A program made the translations under genes and the position numbers. Shown here piece by piece: positions 18,098 to 28,106 of a DNA stretch of 64,000 nt. The notes under the pieces are model-generated. The model made no database searches, was not told where the DNA came from, and saw only the letters and a program-made list of their open reading frames with translations. This stretch comes from an uncultured Candidatus Micrarchaeota archaeon (lineage in GTDB: Archaea > Micrarchaeota > Micrarchaeia > Burarchaeales > Fermentimicrarchaeaceae): assembly GCA_963760615.1 (NCBI GenBank), contig CAVXDX010000004.1, forward strand, positions 64,001-128,000, written 5' to 3'. Each line of letters begins with the position of its first letter. The stretch's first letter is position 1.

Positions 18098-19053
18098 TCC
18101 CACTCTATGCAGGCAGGCGGCTTGCTGGTTATGTCATAAACAACCCTGTTGACGTGCTCCTTCAGCTCCCTCGTAATCCTGTTGGAGATGCTCTCAAGTA
18201 TACTGTCAGGAATTCTTGCATACTGTGCAGTCATTCCATCCACACTGTAAACAGCCCTCACTGCCATAGTGTAACCATAGGCTCTCTCATCCCCAAGCAC
18301 TCCCACGCTTCTTGAGGGAAGCAGCACTGCAAAGTACTGCCAGGGAAGCTCCATCTCCCCTCTTGCAGCTGCCTGCTCCAGCTCCTCTTCTACAATGGCG
18401 CAGGCCTCCCTCACCACTTCAACCTTCTCAGGAGTTGCCTCACCAACAATCCTTATGGCAAGCCCAGGTCCTGGGAAAGGCTGCCTGTTGCATATTTTCT
18501 CAGGCAGACCAAGCTCCCTCCCAACCTTCCTCACCTCATCCTTATACAATTCCCTCACAGGCTCAACAAGCTTCAGTTTCATGCCGCTTGGAAGCCCCCC
18601 TACATTGTGGTGGGATTTGATGGTGGCCCTCATGCCAGTTCCAGACTCAATCCAGTCAGGTGCAAGCGTGCCCTGCCCTAGGAATTTTGCCTTCTCCTCC
18701 TTCGCTACTTTCTCAAAAATCTTTATGAAAAGCTCTCCTATGATCTTCCTCTTCCTCTCGGGCTCCTTCACCCCTTTCAGGGCAGAGTAGAATTTTTTCT
18801 TAGCATCAACGAAGCGCAGGTTCATGTTTATCCTTCCTGCCAGCTCCCTTATGCTTTCGGGCTCCCCTTTCCTCATGAAGCCAGTGTCAACAAAAACGGC
18901 AACGCACCTCTTCCCGAGAGCCTCATTCACCAGTACTGCAGTAACTGTGCTGTCAACCCCCCCGGAGACGGCTATGATGGCTTTGCCGTTTACAACAGTC
19001 CTCTTTATCTGTGCAACTGCATCCTCTATGAATTGTTTTGGTTCGAATGGCAT
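18094..19053 (-). CDS. guaAB: GMP synthase ATP-pyrophosphatase subunit
   Basis: SGGVDS, IKSHHNVGG, RQPFPGPGL, DITSKPPACIEWE. Confidence 0.95.
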   Translation of the reverse strand: MPFEPKQFIEDAVAQIKRTVVNGKAIIAVSGGVDSTVTAVLVNEALGKRCVAVFVDTGFMRKGEPESIRELAGRINMNLRFVDAKKKFYSALKGVKEPERKRKIIGELFIKIFEKVAKEEKAKFLGQGTLAPDWIESGTGMRATIKSHHNVGGLPSGMKLKLVEPVRELYKDEVRKVGRELGLPEKICNRQPFPGPGLAIRIVGEATPEKVEVVREACAIVEEELEQAAARGEMELPWQYFAVLLPSRSVGVLGDERAYGYTMAVRAVYSVDGMTAQYARIPDSILESISNRITRELKEHVNRVVYDITSKPPACIEWE

Positions 19054-19131
19054 GATGATTATACGAAAGGGAGATTAAAAAACTAACCTACTGCCAGCTG
19101 GTTTAAATAAAGCAAAAGGCATAATTTAACC

Positions 19132-19611
19132 ATGGCTTACAAGACAATTGAGGGAAAGATATTCTACAATTCCGAGAAGTATTATATAACGGAAGCCAAC
19201 GCTAGCGAGATAGCCGAATTGCACGAAATGTTCAATAAATTCGTAGCCAAGGGATGGAGTCCCTCCCCAGGTGAGAACCTGACCATGGTGGTGATTAACA
19301 AGGAAACGAACAAAATTATTGGCGGGATGGAGAGGAACATTGACGCTGAAAACAGAAAGGCAAGAGGAAGGGGCTTAGTTATTCTGCCGGAGTTTCAATG
19401 GAAAGGAATTGGTACAATCCTTATCAAAACAATGGACAATAAGCTTAAAGAGGATGGAATATTATACGTTGAAACTTTGCCAACCAAAGATTCATACAAG
19501 CTTTTTATGGAGAATGGGTATGATTGGAGCCCAGCTGTGAGAGAGTGGATTAAGGAAGTCGGCTTTAGTAAAGATAAATTCCTTAAGAATATAATGGAGA
19601 AATACCTTTAA
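19132..19611 (+). CDS. GNAT-family acetyltransferase
   Basis: LVILPEFQWKGIGTILI acetyl-CoA motif A; AT-rich. Confidence 0.8.
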   Translation: MAYKTIEGKIFYNSEKYYITEANASEIAELHEMFNKFVAKGWSPSPGENLTMVVINKETNKIIGGMERNIDAENRKARGRGLVILPEFQWKGIGTILIKTMDNKLKEDGILYVETLPTKDSYKLFMENGYDWSPAVREWIKEVGFSKDKFLKNIMEKYL

Positions 19612-19745
19612 CCTGGAAATTGAGTTCCCAAGGTGAAACCGCATGTTCATACCGCACCAAACGTTTTTACATTTTTCACCCGATGCGTGACCTCCCCTCT
19701 CATCGTATCACCATCTAATTATTCAATAAAAACATTTTGATATAT

Positions 19746-19830
19746 CTTCACATAACAGCACTGGCGAAGTTGTCATCTACTTGACAACAACCTTTATGTG
19801 CAAAGCCATTGACAAGCAAAACATTAAAAA
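19746..19830 (+). repeat. Structured intergenic element, copy 1
   Basis: Nested stems CACATAA/TTATGTG and GTTGTCA/TGACAAC. TTTATGTGCAAAGCC (19793-19807) recurs inverted at 25836-25850. Confidence 0.55.
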
Positions 19831-19852
19831 TCTCACCTCGTAAATACTATTA

Positions 19853-20983
19853 ATGGAGACGTCGGATATAAAGAAACTGGCTAATTCTTACAGAAATTTC
19901 AGCATTGCTACCCTTGGCTCCCACTCTGCCTTGGATATATGCGAAGGTGCCAAGAGGGAAGGAGTGAAAACTCTCGTGGTATGCCAAAGAGGAAGGGAGA
20001 AGACATACGAGAAATACTACTCCGTGAGAAAGAGGTTTGGCAAGAAGATAGGGTGCATTGATGAGATAATGCTGCTCAACAAGTTCTCGGAAGTGGCAAC
20101 TCCCAATATTGTGAGGCAGCTTCAGAAGAGAAATGTTATCTTCGTGCCCCACAGGTCATTCTCTGTTTATGTTGGCTATGATGCAATTGAAAAGCATTTC
20201 GAAGTTCCGATTTTCGGCAACAGATTCCTGCTTCGGGCGGAAGAAAGGACTGCTGAAAGAAACCAGCTATACCTGCTCAGGAAGGCAGGCATACGGGTGC
20301 CGAAGAGCTTCAGCAAGCCTTCCAGTATAGACAGGCTCGTTCTGGTGAAAGCGAGCGAGGCAAAGAGGAGTTATGAGAGGGCATTCTTCTTCGCCAGCTC
20401 AGAGGAAGAATACAAGCAGAGGAGCAGCGAGATGCTGAGGAAAGGAGTAATCACAGAACGGGGGTTGAAATCCGCTCCAATTGAGGAATTTGTTTTGGGG
20501 GCTCAGTACAACTTCAACTTCTTCTACTCTCCCTTGAATGAGGAGCTGGAACTCATAGGGACAGATACCCGAAGGCAGACCAACCTTGATGGGCTGCTGA
20601 AGCTGCCTGCTGCAGAGCAGCTTGAAGTCCTGAAGCATGTCAGGATGAGCAATATAGAAATAGGGCATGTGGCATGCACACTCCGCGAAAGCATGCTCGA
20701 GAAAGTGTTTGAAATCGGGGAGAGGTTTGTTGAGACATGCAGGAAGGAATACCCGCCGGGTTTGATAGGGCCGTTCGCGCTGCAGGGTGCAATCATTCCG
20801 GAGGAGAAAGGCGAGGAGATAGTCATATTTGATGTGAGCTTCAGGCTGCCAGGCTCGCCAGGAGTGAGGTTCACCCCATACACCGAATATTTATACGGAG
20901 AGAGCCTCAGCATGGGGAGAAGAACTGCCATTGAGCTGAAGAATGCTTTCAGGAGCAAGAAACTTTCAGAGGTAGTAACATGA
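19853..20983 (+). CDS. purP: PurP-family ATP-grasp protein (formate-dependent FAICAR synthetase-like), paralogue 1
   Basis: IATLGSHSAL, FVPHRSF, FGNR, GPFALQG, RLPGSPG. Confidence 0.88.
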   Translation: METSDIKKLANSYRNFSIATLGSHSALDICEGAKREGVKTLVVCQRGREKTYEKYYSVRKRFGKKIGCIDEIMLLNKFSEVATPNIVRQLQKRNVIFVPHRSFSVYVGYDAIEKHFEVPIFGNRFLLRAEERTAERNQLYLLRKAGIRVPKSFSKPSSIDRLVLVKASEAKRSYERAFFFASSEEEYKQRSSEMLRKGVITERGLKSAPIEEFVLGAQYNFNFFYSPLNEELELIGTDTRRQTNLDGLLKLPAAEQLEVLKHVRMSNIEIGHVACTLRESMLEKVFEIGERFVETCRKEYPPGLIGPFALQGAIIPEEKGEEIVIFDVSFRLPGSPGVRFTPYTEYLYGESLSMGRRTAIELKNAFRSKKLSEVVT

Positions 20984-22026
20984 TTTCCAAGGAGAAAATC
21001 CACTCAATACTCAAAGGCTATGACAAGAGGAAGATACGGATAGCAACAATATGCTCTCACACTTCGCTGCAGCTCTTCCACGGAGCAAGGCAGGAGGGCA
21101 TGAAGACGATTGGCATATGCCTGGAGAAGTACAAGAAAACCTATGATTCATTCCCTTATGGCAAGCCGGATGAGTACATCATTGTGGACAACTACAGGGA
21201 TATACCTGCTAGGGAGCTTGTTGAGAAGAATGCAATAGTGGTGCCCCACGGCTCCTTCGTTGAATACACTGGGGAGAACCTTAAGGAGCTCTCAGTTCCA
21301 ATGTTCGGGAACAGACTGAGTCTCATGTGGGAGGGTGACAGGGACAGACTCTTTAAGTGGATGAGAGACTCAGGCCTGCAGATACCGCGGCTTTTCACAC
21401 CAGAGACAATTGACAGGCCATGCATAGTGAAGCTGCCCGGTGCGAAGGGAGGCAAAGGATATACAATTGTCAGTTCACCGTCAGAGTTCAAAAGAAAGGT
21501 GAGGGATGAGAAGTTTATCATCCAGGAATACATATCTGGTGTGAGGGTATACCCGCATTACTTCTACTCGCCGATTTCAAAAGGAGGCTATGGGGTCAGG
21601 GGAGGCTCGCTTGAGCTGATGAGCATAGACAGAAGGCTGGAGAGCAACATTGATGAGAGCTACAGAGCGAACCTGGCCGGGGTGAAGGTGGAGCCCAGCT
21701 TCACAGTCATAGGCAATGAGCCAGTTATACTGAGGGAGTCTCTCGTCAGGGAGATTATGGAGATGGGCGCGAATGTTGTGGAGTCATCCTACAGGCTTTT
21801 CAATGGCCTCCCAGGCCCTTTCTGCATTGAGATGATATGCACCGAGAATATGAAGTTCTATTCGTTTGAGATTTCTGCAAGAATAGTTGCTGGGACGAAC
21901 CTATACCCCCTTGGTTCGCCTTACACCTGCTATTCTTACAAGGAGCCCATGAGCACGGGCAGAAGAATAGCACGCGAGATAAAGAGGGCCGCCAAGTTGA
22001 ACAGGCTGGATAAGGTAATATACTAG
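20980..22026 (+). CDS. purP: PurP-family ATP-grasp protein, paralogue 2
   Basis: IATICSHTSLQ, VPHGSF, GAKGGKG, EISARIVAGTN, STGRRIAREI. Confidence 0.88.
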   Translation: MISKEKIHSILKGYDKRKIRIATICSHTSLQLFHGARQEGMKTIGICLEKYKKTYDSFPYGKPDEYIIVDNYRDIPARELVEKNAIVVPHGSFVEYTGENLKELSVPMFGNRLSLMWEGDRDRLFKWMRDSGLQIPRLFTPETIDRPCIVKLPGAKGGKGYTIVSSPSEFKRKVRDEKFIIQEYISGVRVYPHYFYSPISKGGYGVRGGSLELMSIDRRLESNIDESYRANLAGVKVEPSFTVIGNEPVILRESLVREIMEMGANVVESSYRLFNGLPGPFCIEMICTENMKFYSFEISARIVAGTNLYPLGSPYTCYSYKEPMSTGRRIAREIKRAAKLNRLDKVIY

Positions 22027-22039
22027 CACCCGGGGGTGG

Positions 22040-23551
22040 GTGGTGTTGAGAAATACCAGCTTGAACTTTCTCCTTGTCCTATTCCTGATACTCTCGCGTC
22101 AAGCTTGCGCATGCTTGGAAAACATAAACCCTGCACTTGGGGCAAACCCTTCTTTCTTCAACATGAGCGACCCAGTCAACCAGGAAATATACAACATGAA
22201 TGTTTCTGCGGATGAAAAGTTCTACCTGTTTGCTTACAACACGTTTCCTGAAATACCTCTTCTCTCAAACATAAGAAATTACAACCTCCTTCTGTCATTC
22301 TCGTGTCCCCCGAATGGGACGCAAGTCATGGAAGGAAGATACATACATAACATCTGGGTGCGTGCCATAACAGTGATGCCTTCAGTGATGGATGAGGAGG
22401 GCAACTACTGGGCGCTCCCAAGAGGCGAGTTGCTTGTGGCGCACAACTACTCCATACGGCTGCCGAGAAGCGCAACGAACCTCTACCCAGACTGCGGCAT
22501 AACTTACACTCTTCTCAACTCAAGCGCGCAGCTTTCTGTATACGCAGATGGCAGTTACACTGGAGACTCCGACCTCACCAGCTACATGGTAAACTCCACG
22601 AACCTTGAGGTTAGTGCAAAACTGTCTGTTTCGGCAAGCGTGAGAAGAGATTACTACGAGCCATACTGCTACTGTTGCAAGTCAGGCAAGGAAGGGTGTG
22701 AGGAAACATGCTGCTACTGCAAGTTCTCCCATAGCGATGTGGATGGTGAGAAGGCAAACCCCAGCAGCTCCCTTGAGAGGAGAGTATACCACCTTGAGGT
22801 GCTGCCCAACCTGACAATGCTACAGTGCCCGGCTGGAGGTTTTGGGGCGGCGGAAGGCAACTTCTCACTCAACACAAGCGTTCCCATTCAATCCTTCCTC
22901 CTTTCATTTGGCAGCTCAAATGTCTCAGTGCAGATGAATAAGCTTGATATAATGCCCATCCTAAAGCCACATAATGTGCTCGAAGCGCGTTCGGCAGAAT
23001 ATGGCTATCAATTCTCCTATGGGATGTTCGTGAGCGGATTTAGCATATCAAAGAGTTTCGTGCAGCTTAATTTCACTGGTGTTCCCCAACAAGAGGCGAG
23101 AGCCAAGTCTGCCAACCTTGTGCTGACAGACCTGTTTGGGATAACTCACAATCTCAGCAATTATACACCAATTGTCTGCCCTCTGAATCCACAGATGGAG
23201 CTCGCCATGCCTCACTGGGCTGAGAAAGGGTCCGATTTTCAGGTTGTTGTAAAGCTCTACGAAAGCGAACATGGCATTGCAGGCAAGAATGTCGTACTGC
23301 ATTACTCCGGAAGAGAATATGCTGGCACTACGGACTCTGAGGGAAAGGCACTGTTCTCTCTAAAAGCCAATGAAAGCCTTGTTATTGCAAAATCTCCCTA
23401 TGACGGCAAATATGCGGAGGTAGACTCCATGAGGAATCTCATGGTTTACGAACCCTCCACACTCTCTTTCTTAATATCCTTTTCGGCATTGTTTTTTATT
23501 CTGGTTTTGAGTTATACTGCTCTGAAGTTTATAGGGGGGTGGAATCTATGA
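22040..23551 (+). CDS. Secreted, C-terminally anchored protein of unknown function
   Basis: Signal peptide, Cys cluster YCYCC...CEETCCYC, many NxS/T sequons, C-terminal TM. Confidence 0.75.
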   Translation: MVLRNTSLNFLLVLFLILSRQACACLENINPALGANPSFFNMSDPVNQEIYNMNVSADEKFYLFAYNTFPEIPLLSNIRNYNLLLSFSCPPNGTQVMEGRYIHNIWVRAITVMPSVMDEEGNYWALPRGELLVAHNYSIRLPRSATNLYPDCGITYTLLNSSAQLSVYADGSYTGDSDLTSYMVNSTNLEVSAKLSVSASVRRDYYEPYCYCCKSGKEGCEETCCYCKFSHSDVDGEKANPSSSLERRVYHLEVLPNLTMLQCPAGGFGAAEGNFSLNTSVPIQSFLLSFGSSNVSVQMNKLDIMPILKPHNVLEARSAEYGYQFSYGMFVSGFSISKSFVQLNFTGVPQQEARAKSANLVLTDLFGITHNLSNYTPIVCPLNPQMELAMPHWAEKGSDFQVVVKLYESEHGIAGKNVVLHYSGREYAGTTDSEGKALFSLKANESLVIAKSPYDGKYAEVDSMRNLMVYEPSTLSFLISFSALFFILVLSYTALKFIGGWNL

Positions 23552-24414
23552 GATGGTGCGCATTCATACTATCAGTTTTACTCATATCAGCCTTCTGCCA
23601 TTCTTTCTTGATAGACCCCAGCGTGATAGCAGATGGAATCTCCCAGCTGGTTGTAAAGATGGTCAACGCCACTCTCTCATTCATGATAGATACAATAAAC
23701 TTCTTCCTATCCTATAACCCCCAGGTAGGCGACGAGTTTGTGCCGCTTCACACCCAAGTCCTCAAGCTGCTCGTCCCCTTCTACCTCCTCATAGTCAGCT
23801 GGAATGGCATACAGATAATGACAAGCGATGTTCTATCCAATCAGGCGAATGCACGCCTAACACTGCAGAATACCCTCTTGAGCATGATGCTTGTAGCCTT
23901 CTCACTCCCAATATACAAAATTATTGTAAACCTCGCGCAGTTTGCCACCTCATTCTTTACCACTATACCTCTTAAAGAGCCTACCTTGGCAGCTGGTGCG
24001 GCAACCATAATGCTCTTCCTTTTCATGACACTGGAGCTTTGGATTTTCCTGCTTTTCCTACTGGTGCGCTTTATGTTCGTATCTGTCGGTGTCGTCCTCT
24101 TCCCACTAGGCCTTTTCCTGTATTTCTTTGGCTATACCCAGAAATACGGCAAGATGATAATATCGCTGACGGTATTCTTCCTGTTTGTGCAGGTAATCAT
24201 CTCACTGGTGTTCTCAGTGTTCGGCATCATGCTGACAACTCCGGTAGAGTCATCTGGCCTAGGCGCAATTAACGAGAGCCTGTACAGAGTTCTCATACTG
24301 ATTGGTGCTGTGCTTATATCACTCATGACCGCCCTCTTGATTCTCCTGAGAATAGTCTTTGATATAATACCGCCCAAGGCAATAGCTACTGGCTTAATCT
24401 TGGCGTCAGCCTGA
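23539..24414 (+). CDS. Polytopic membrane protein, TrbL/VirB6-like
   Basis: TM layout and the LLVRFMFVSVGVVLFPLGLFLYFFGYTQKYGK...FFLFVQ segment resemble VirB6/TrbL/CedA-type proteins (pattern recognition only). Confidence 0.5.
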   Translation: MESMRWCAFILSVLLISAFCHSFLIDPSVIADGISQLVVKMVNATLSFMIDTINFFLSYNPQVGDEFVPLHTQVLKLLVPFYLLIVSWNGIQIMTSDVLSNQANARLTLQNTLLSMMLVAFSLPIYKIIVNLAQFATSFFTTIPLKEPTLAAGAATIMLFLFMTLELWIFLLFLLVRFMFVSVGVVLFPLGLFLYFFGYTQKYGKMIISLTVFFLFVQVIISLVFSVFGIMLTTPVESSGLGAINESLYRVLILIGAVLISLMTALLILLRIVFDIIPPKAIATGLILASA

Positions 24415-24460
24415 AAAACGCTGTAAGCGTTAAAAAGAGTTAGCAATAAATGTTGTATAT

Positions 24461-25819
24461 ATGGCAAAATACTTCGGGACGTATGGGATACGGGGAAAGC
24501 TTGATACGCTTACACCTGAGTTTGCCCTGAGGATGAGCTCTGCATTCGGCAGCCATATAAAAGGAGGCAAGGTGCTCGTGGGAAGGGATGCGCGCCTCAG
24601 CGGCGAGATGCTGGAGCATGCAGTCGTTGCCGGTCTCATCAGCTCAGGATGCAAGGTTCTCAATCTTGGTATTGTGCCACTCCCAACTCTGGAGTTTGAG
24701 ATAAGGAAGCTCCCGGCAGCTGGAGGTGTGATGATAACTGCATCCCACAACCCGCCGGAATGGAACGGGCTTAAATTTGCCGATGGTGACGGCATAGGTA
24801 TTTCAAAGGAGGAGGGAGAAGAGATTGAGAGAGTTTTTGAAAGAGGGGGATTCAAGAAAGCGGAGTGGAACCAGCTGAACAGGGCGGAGGATTACTCGCT
24901 TGCACTGGGGGAGCATGCTGATGCTCTTAGGAAAATAATCGAGAGGAGGCACATCCTTAAGGAATCGCCAAGGGTTGTGCTGGACTGCGGGAATGGAACT
25001 GCGAGTCTCATTGCGCCTAAGATTTTCAAGGAGCTGGGCTGCAGAGTCACAACGCTCAACTCGCAGATTGACGGCTCCTTCCCAGGCAGGAACTCCGAGC
25101 CCACGCAGCAGAACCTCCAGGAACTCATGAAAGCCGTTGTCGCGCTGAAAGCCGATGTGGGAATCGCGTGGGATGGGGATGCAGACAGGGTCATATTCAT
25201 AGATGAGAAGGGCGGTTACATCTACGGTGACAAGAGCTTTGCCCTGTGCGTGGATATTGCCCTGCGGCAGAGGAAAGGCGCTGTTGTCACAACCGTCGCG
25301 ACAAGCAATGCAATTGCGGATATTGCAAATGAAAGGGGAGGTTCAATAGAGTATGTAAAGGTTGGTGGCCCCTACCTCTCGAGAAGGGCAAAGGAGCTCA
25401 ACGCGGTCATAGCAGGGGAGGAAGCTGGAGGAGTCATCTGGCCAGAGGTGCATCTTGGGAAGGATGGGTTTGTAACTGCATTGAAGATTCTTGAGAGGAT
25501 GTGCAAGGATGGCAGGCCACTCTCATCACTCATAGCGGACATGCCCAGCTACTACAACTCTAAAACAAAGCTGGAATGCCCTGCAAACAGGAAGCAGGCA
25601 GTGCTGAAGAAGTTCAAGGAGAAAGTAAGGAAAGATGGCAAAATTAACGACATGGATGGGATGAGAATTGACTTTGGTGATTCGTGGGTCATCCTTCGTG
25701 CATCGGGCACGGAGGACCTCATGAGAATCTTTGCAGAAGCCAGGAGCCAGAAGAAGGCTGATGAGATACTGCGAAAGTATAAAAGAATAGTTGAGAAAGT
25801 GGTATCCTCACGCAATTAA
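24461..25819 (+). CDS. glmM: Phosphoglucosamine mutase / phosphomannomutase
   Basis: FGTYGIRG, TASHNP, WDGDADR, GEEAGG, RASGTE. Confidence 0.9.
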   Translation: MAKYFGTYGIRGKLDTLTPEFALRMSSAFGSHIKGGKVLVGRDARLSGEMLEHAVVAGLISSGCKVLNLGIVPLPTLEFEIRKLPAAGGVMITASHNPPEWNGLKFADGDGIGISKEEGEEIERVFERGGFKKAEWNQLNRAEDYSLALGEHADALRKIIERRHILKESPRVVLDCGNGTASLIAPKIFKELGCRVTTLNSQIDGSFPGRNSEPTQQNLQELMKAVVALKADVGIAWDGDADRVIFIDEKGGYIYGDKSFALCVDIALRQRKGAVVTTVATSNAIADIANERGGSIEYVKVGGPYLSRRAKELNAVIAGEEAGGVIWPEVHLGKDGFVTALKILERMCKDGRPLSSLIADMPSYYNSKTKLECPANRKQAVLKKFKEKVRKDGKINDMDGMRIDFGDSWVILRASGTEDLMRIFAEARSQKKADEILRKYKRIVEKVVSSRN

Positions 25820-25890
25820 ACGTTGTGTTTTCAGCGGCTTTGCACATAAATTAGGGTCTGCACCTAATCTAACCACCGCACATAAATTGA
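25818..25890 (-). repeat. Structured intergenic element, copy 2
   Basis: GGCTTTGCACATAAA (25836-25850) is the reverse complement of 19793-19807. ATTAGG/CCTAAT hairpin; GCACATAAATT occurs twice (25842 and 25878). Confidence 0.55.
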
Positions 25891-25959
25891 TCAACAATCA
25901 CTCGCAAGTCGGAGAGAACCCAGTTTGGTTCCTTCTGCCTTCCTGCTTTGGCTTGAGAA

Positions 25960-27192
25960 TTATTTCACCGTTAGTGTCTTCTTTCCAATAGATCCTTCAA
26001 TAGATTCTTTGATTCTTTCTTCTGCTGGCTTTACTGGAACTCCTAGCCTGCGGTCTATCTCCTTCAGTGCTTTATGTGCATCCTCCAGGTCCCATCTTAG
26101 CTCATCTGAAGTTGCCCCTTTGTTTTTTTCTATGAATGCCTCAATCTCCTTTTTGGAATCCTTCCCGCCAATCTTGCCCAGGGCTTCGAATGAGAAGCCC
26201 TTTCTGTCAGTCGTTATATGCATCAGCCGGATTGCGGCAGCCTCGTATTCCTTGTTGTCTGGGTTCCCGCAGTTGCCCAGAACTTCGAGAACGTTCCTCT
26301 CGTTTAGTGCGAAACCCAGGGATTTCTTGAACTCGGCAGCTGCGTAGTTGAACTTGGCTTTTTCAATAGACTCCGCAGCATCGTCAATGGCTTTCAGATA
26401 TTCCAGGATTTTTTTGGCAGCAGGCTCCCATTTCAGGTACGCAAATGTATCCATTGCATTCTCCACTTCCCTCTCTTTCAGGCTGTTTTCCATCACGGAA
26501 AGGTAGTGCTCCCCCACCTTCTTTTTTGCTTCTGCATCCCCTGTCCTTTCAATCGCTTGGGCAGCTGGCCGTCTAATCTCATAGTTATCGCTGAAGGCTG
26601 CTTGAAGCGCCTTGTCAGCCACTGCCTTCTTCACTTCCTTCGGCATATCGGAGTAATCAACACTCGCAAAAAGCTCAAGTATGTACTTTTTAGTACCTTC
26701 CAACACTCTTGTGTCATAAACAGACAGCGCCTCTTTCACTGCCTTATCCTTTCGCTTCGGGTCGACTGCATTTATCATATTTTCGTGTGATAGAATGTCG
26801 AGGCATCCTACAGGAATGCTGAAATAAGTATAATTACCAAACCAGTCAAACGGACTATGGAGACCGTCTAGGATTCTCTTGTCCTCCTTGCTTTCATTCT
26901 CGCTAATGCCGGCAATTAATGCATCAAAAATAGCTTCCTTTGATTTTTTTGAGAGTGACCCCGGAACCTTGGCATCTTGTTCTACCATCGCATAAAAAAT
27001 TCTAATAATCTTGTACCTATCCTCCTGCTCACTCTTAAAAAAGTCCGAGAATGGTTTAGTTATCTTATCCGCATCCTGAACTAGTTTTTCAGCATCTTCA
27101 CTATGAAAAAAGGATTCAACCGTATTATAATACAAATGAACATCAGTATGAACATCATAGGGAGCCATAGTATCACCAACTAAATTGCTCAT
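25960..27192 (-). CDS. HEAT/PBS-lyase-repeat-like hypothetical protein
   Basis: Helical repeats such as IRRPAAQAIERTGD, VLEVLGNCG, FEALGKIGGK. Confidence 0.65.
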   Translation of the reverse strand: MSNLVGDTMAPYDVHTDVHLYYNTVESFFHSEDAEKLVQDADKITKPFSDFFKSEQEDRYKIIRIFYAMVEQDAKVPGSLSKKSKEAIFDALIAGISENESKEDKRILDGLHSPFDWFGNYTYFSIPVGCLDILSHENMINAVDPKRKDKAVKEALSVYDTRVLEGTKKYILELFASVDYSDMPKEVKKAVADKALQAAFSDNYEIRRPAAQAIERTGDAEAKKKVGEHYLSVMENSLKEREVENAMDTFAYLKWEPAAKKILEYLKAIDDAAESIEKAKFNYAAAEFKKSLGFALNERNVLEVLGNCGNPDNKEYEAAAIRLMHITTDRKGFSFEALGKIGGKDSKKEIEAFIEKNKGATSDELRWDLEDAHKALKEIDRRLGVPVKPAEERIKESIEGSIGKKTLTVK

Positions 27193-27397
27193 TTTCGGTA
27201 TTTAAACATAAGCCAAAGAAATGCGTTGTAGCACAACTCTCTCAGAGAGGGTGGCTTTCCAGTGAATATAACCCAACAGTTGTTAGTAACTTATTGTGAA
27301 ATATTTTTACATCCCGCAGATTCTGGATGACTGCATCCTTCAGAGCAGAGCAGGCAAATATTTATACCTATCCAACCATATCATCCTTTGTGATGAC

Positions 27398-28105
27398 ATG
27401 AAGACAATTGTATTGTGCGGCGGCAGGGGAACACGGCTGAGGCCGTATACGTACTCCATACCGAAGCCAATGCTGCCCCTGGGCACAAAGCCCATACTGG
27501 AGTTCGTGATAACCAACCTCAGGAGTCATGGTTTCAGGGATATTTACCTCACAGTTGGCTATCTCAAACACCAGATAATGCAGTATTTCGGGGATGGGAG
27601 CAAGTTCGGTGTTAACATAAAATACTTCATAGAGGATGATACAGAGCGCAACACAGCAGGCTCAATACTGCCCTGCATGGAATGCCTGGATAGCACCTTC
27701 CTGGTTGTGATGGGAGACCACCTCACCTCCCTAGACCCGCAGAAGCTTGCCAGTTTCCATAAGAAAAAAAGAGCTATGGCAACTATAGCGTTGAAGAAGA
27801 CAGGAGTTCCTCTGGAGTATGGCGTAGCGCATATTGATGAGGACAGCAAGATAGAGAAATTTGAGGAGAAGCCGATAGTGCAGAACCTCATAAATGCAGG
27901 CATGTACTGCTTCGAGCCAGAGGTGTTCCACTACATAAAGGATGGCTATGACTTTGCTCGGGATGTCTTCCCAAAACTGCTTAAGGATAGGAAGAAGGTT
28001 TACGGCTACATATTCGACGAATACTGGATAGACATAGGGAGAGTTCCGGACTACGAGCAGCTCAACCGGATAATAAGCATAGTGGATTTGGTAACTCGCA
28101 AGTAG
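27398..28105 (+). CDS. Sugar-1-phosphate nucleotidyltransferase (NDP-sugar synthase)
   Basis: IVLCGGRGTRLRPYT..PKPML, FEEKP, WIDIG. Start moved to ATG 27398. Confidence 0.9.
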   Translation: MKTIVLCGGRGTRLRPYTYSIPKPMLPLGTKPILEFVITNLRSHGFRDIYLTVGYLKHQIMQYFGDGSKFGVNIKYFIEDDTERNTAGSILPCMECLDSTFLVVMGDHLTSLDPQKLASFHKKKRAMATIALKKTGVPLEYGVAHIDEDSKIEKFEEKPIVQNLINAGMYCFEPEVFHYIKDGYDFARDVFPKLLKDRKKVYGYIFDEYWIDIGRVPDYEQLNRIISIVDLVTRK

Positions 28106-28106
28106 T

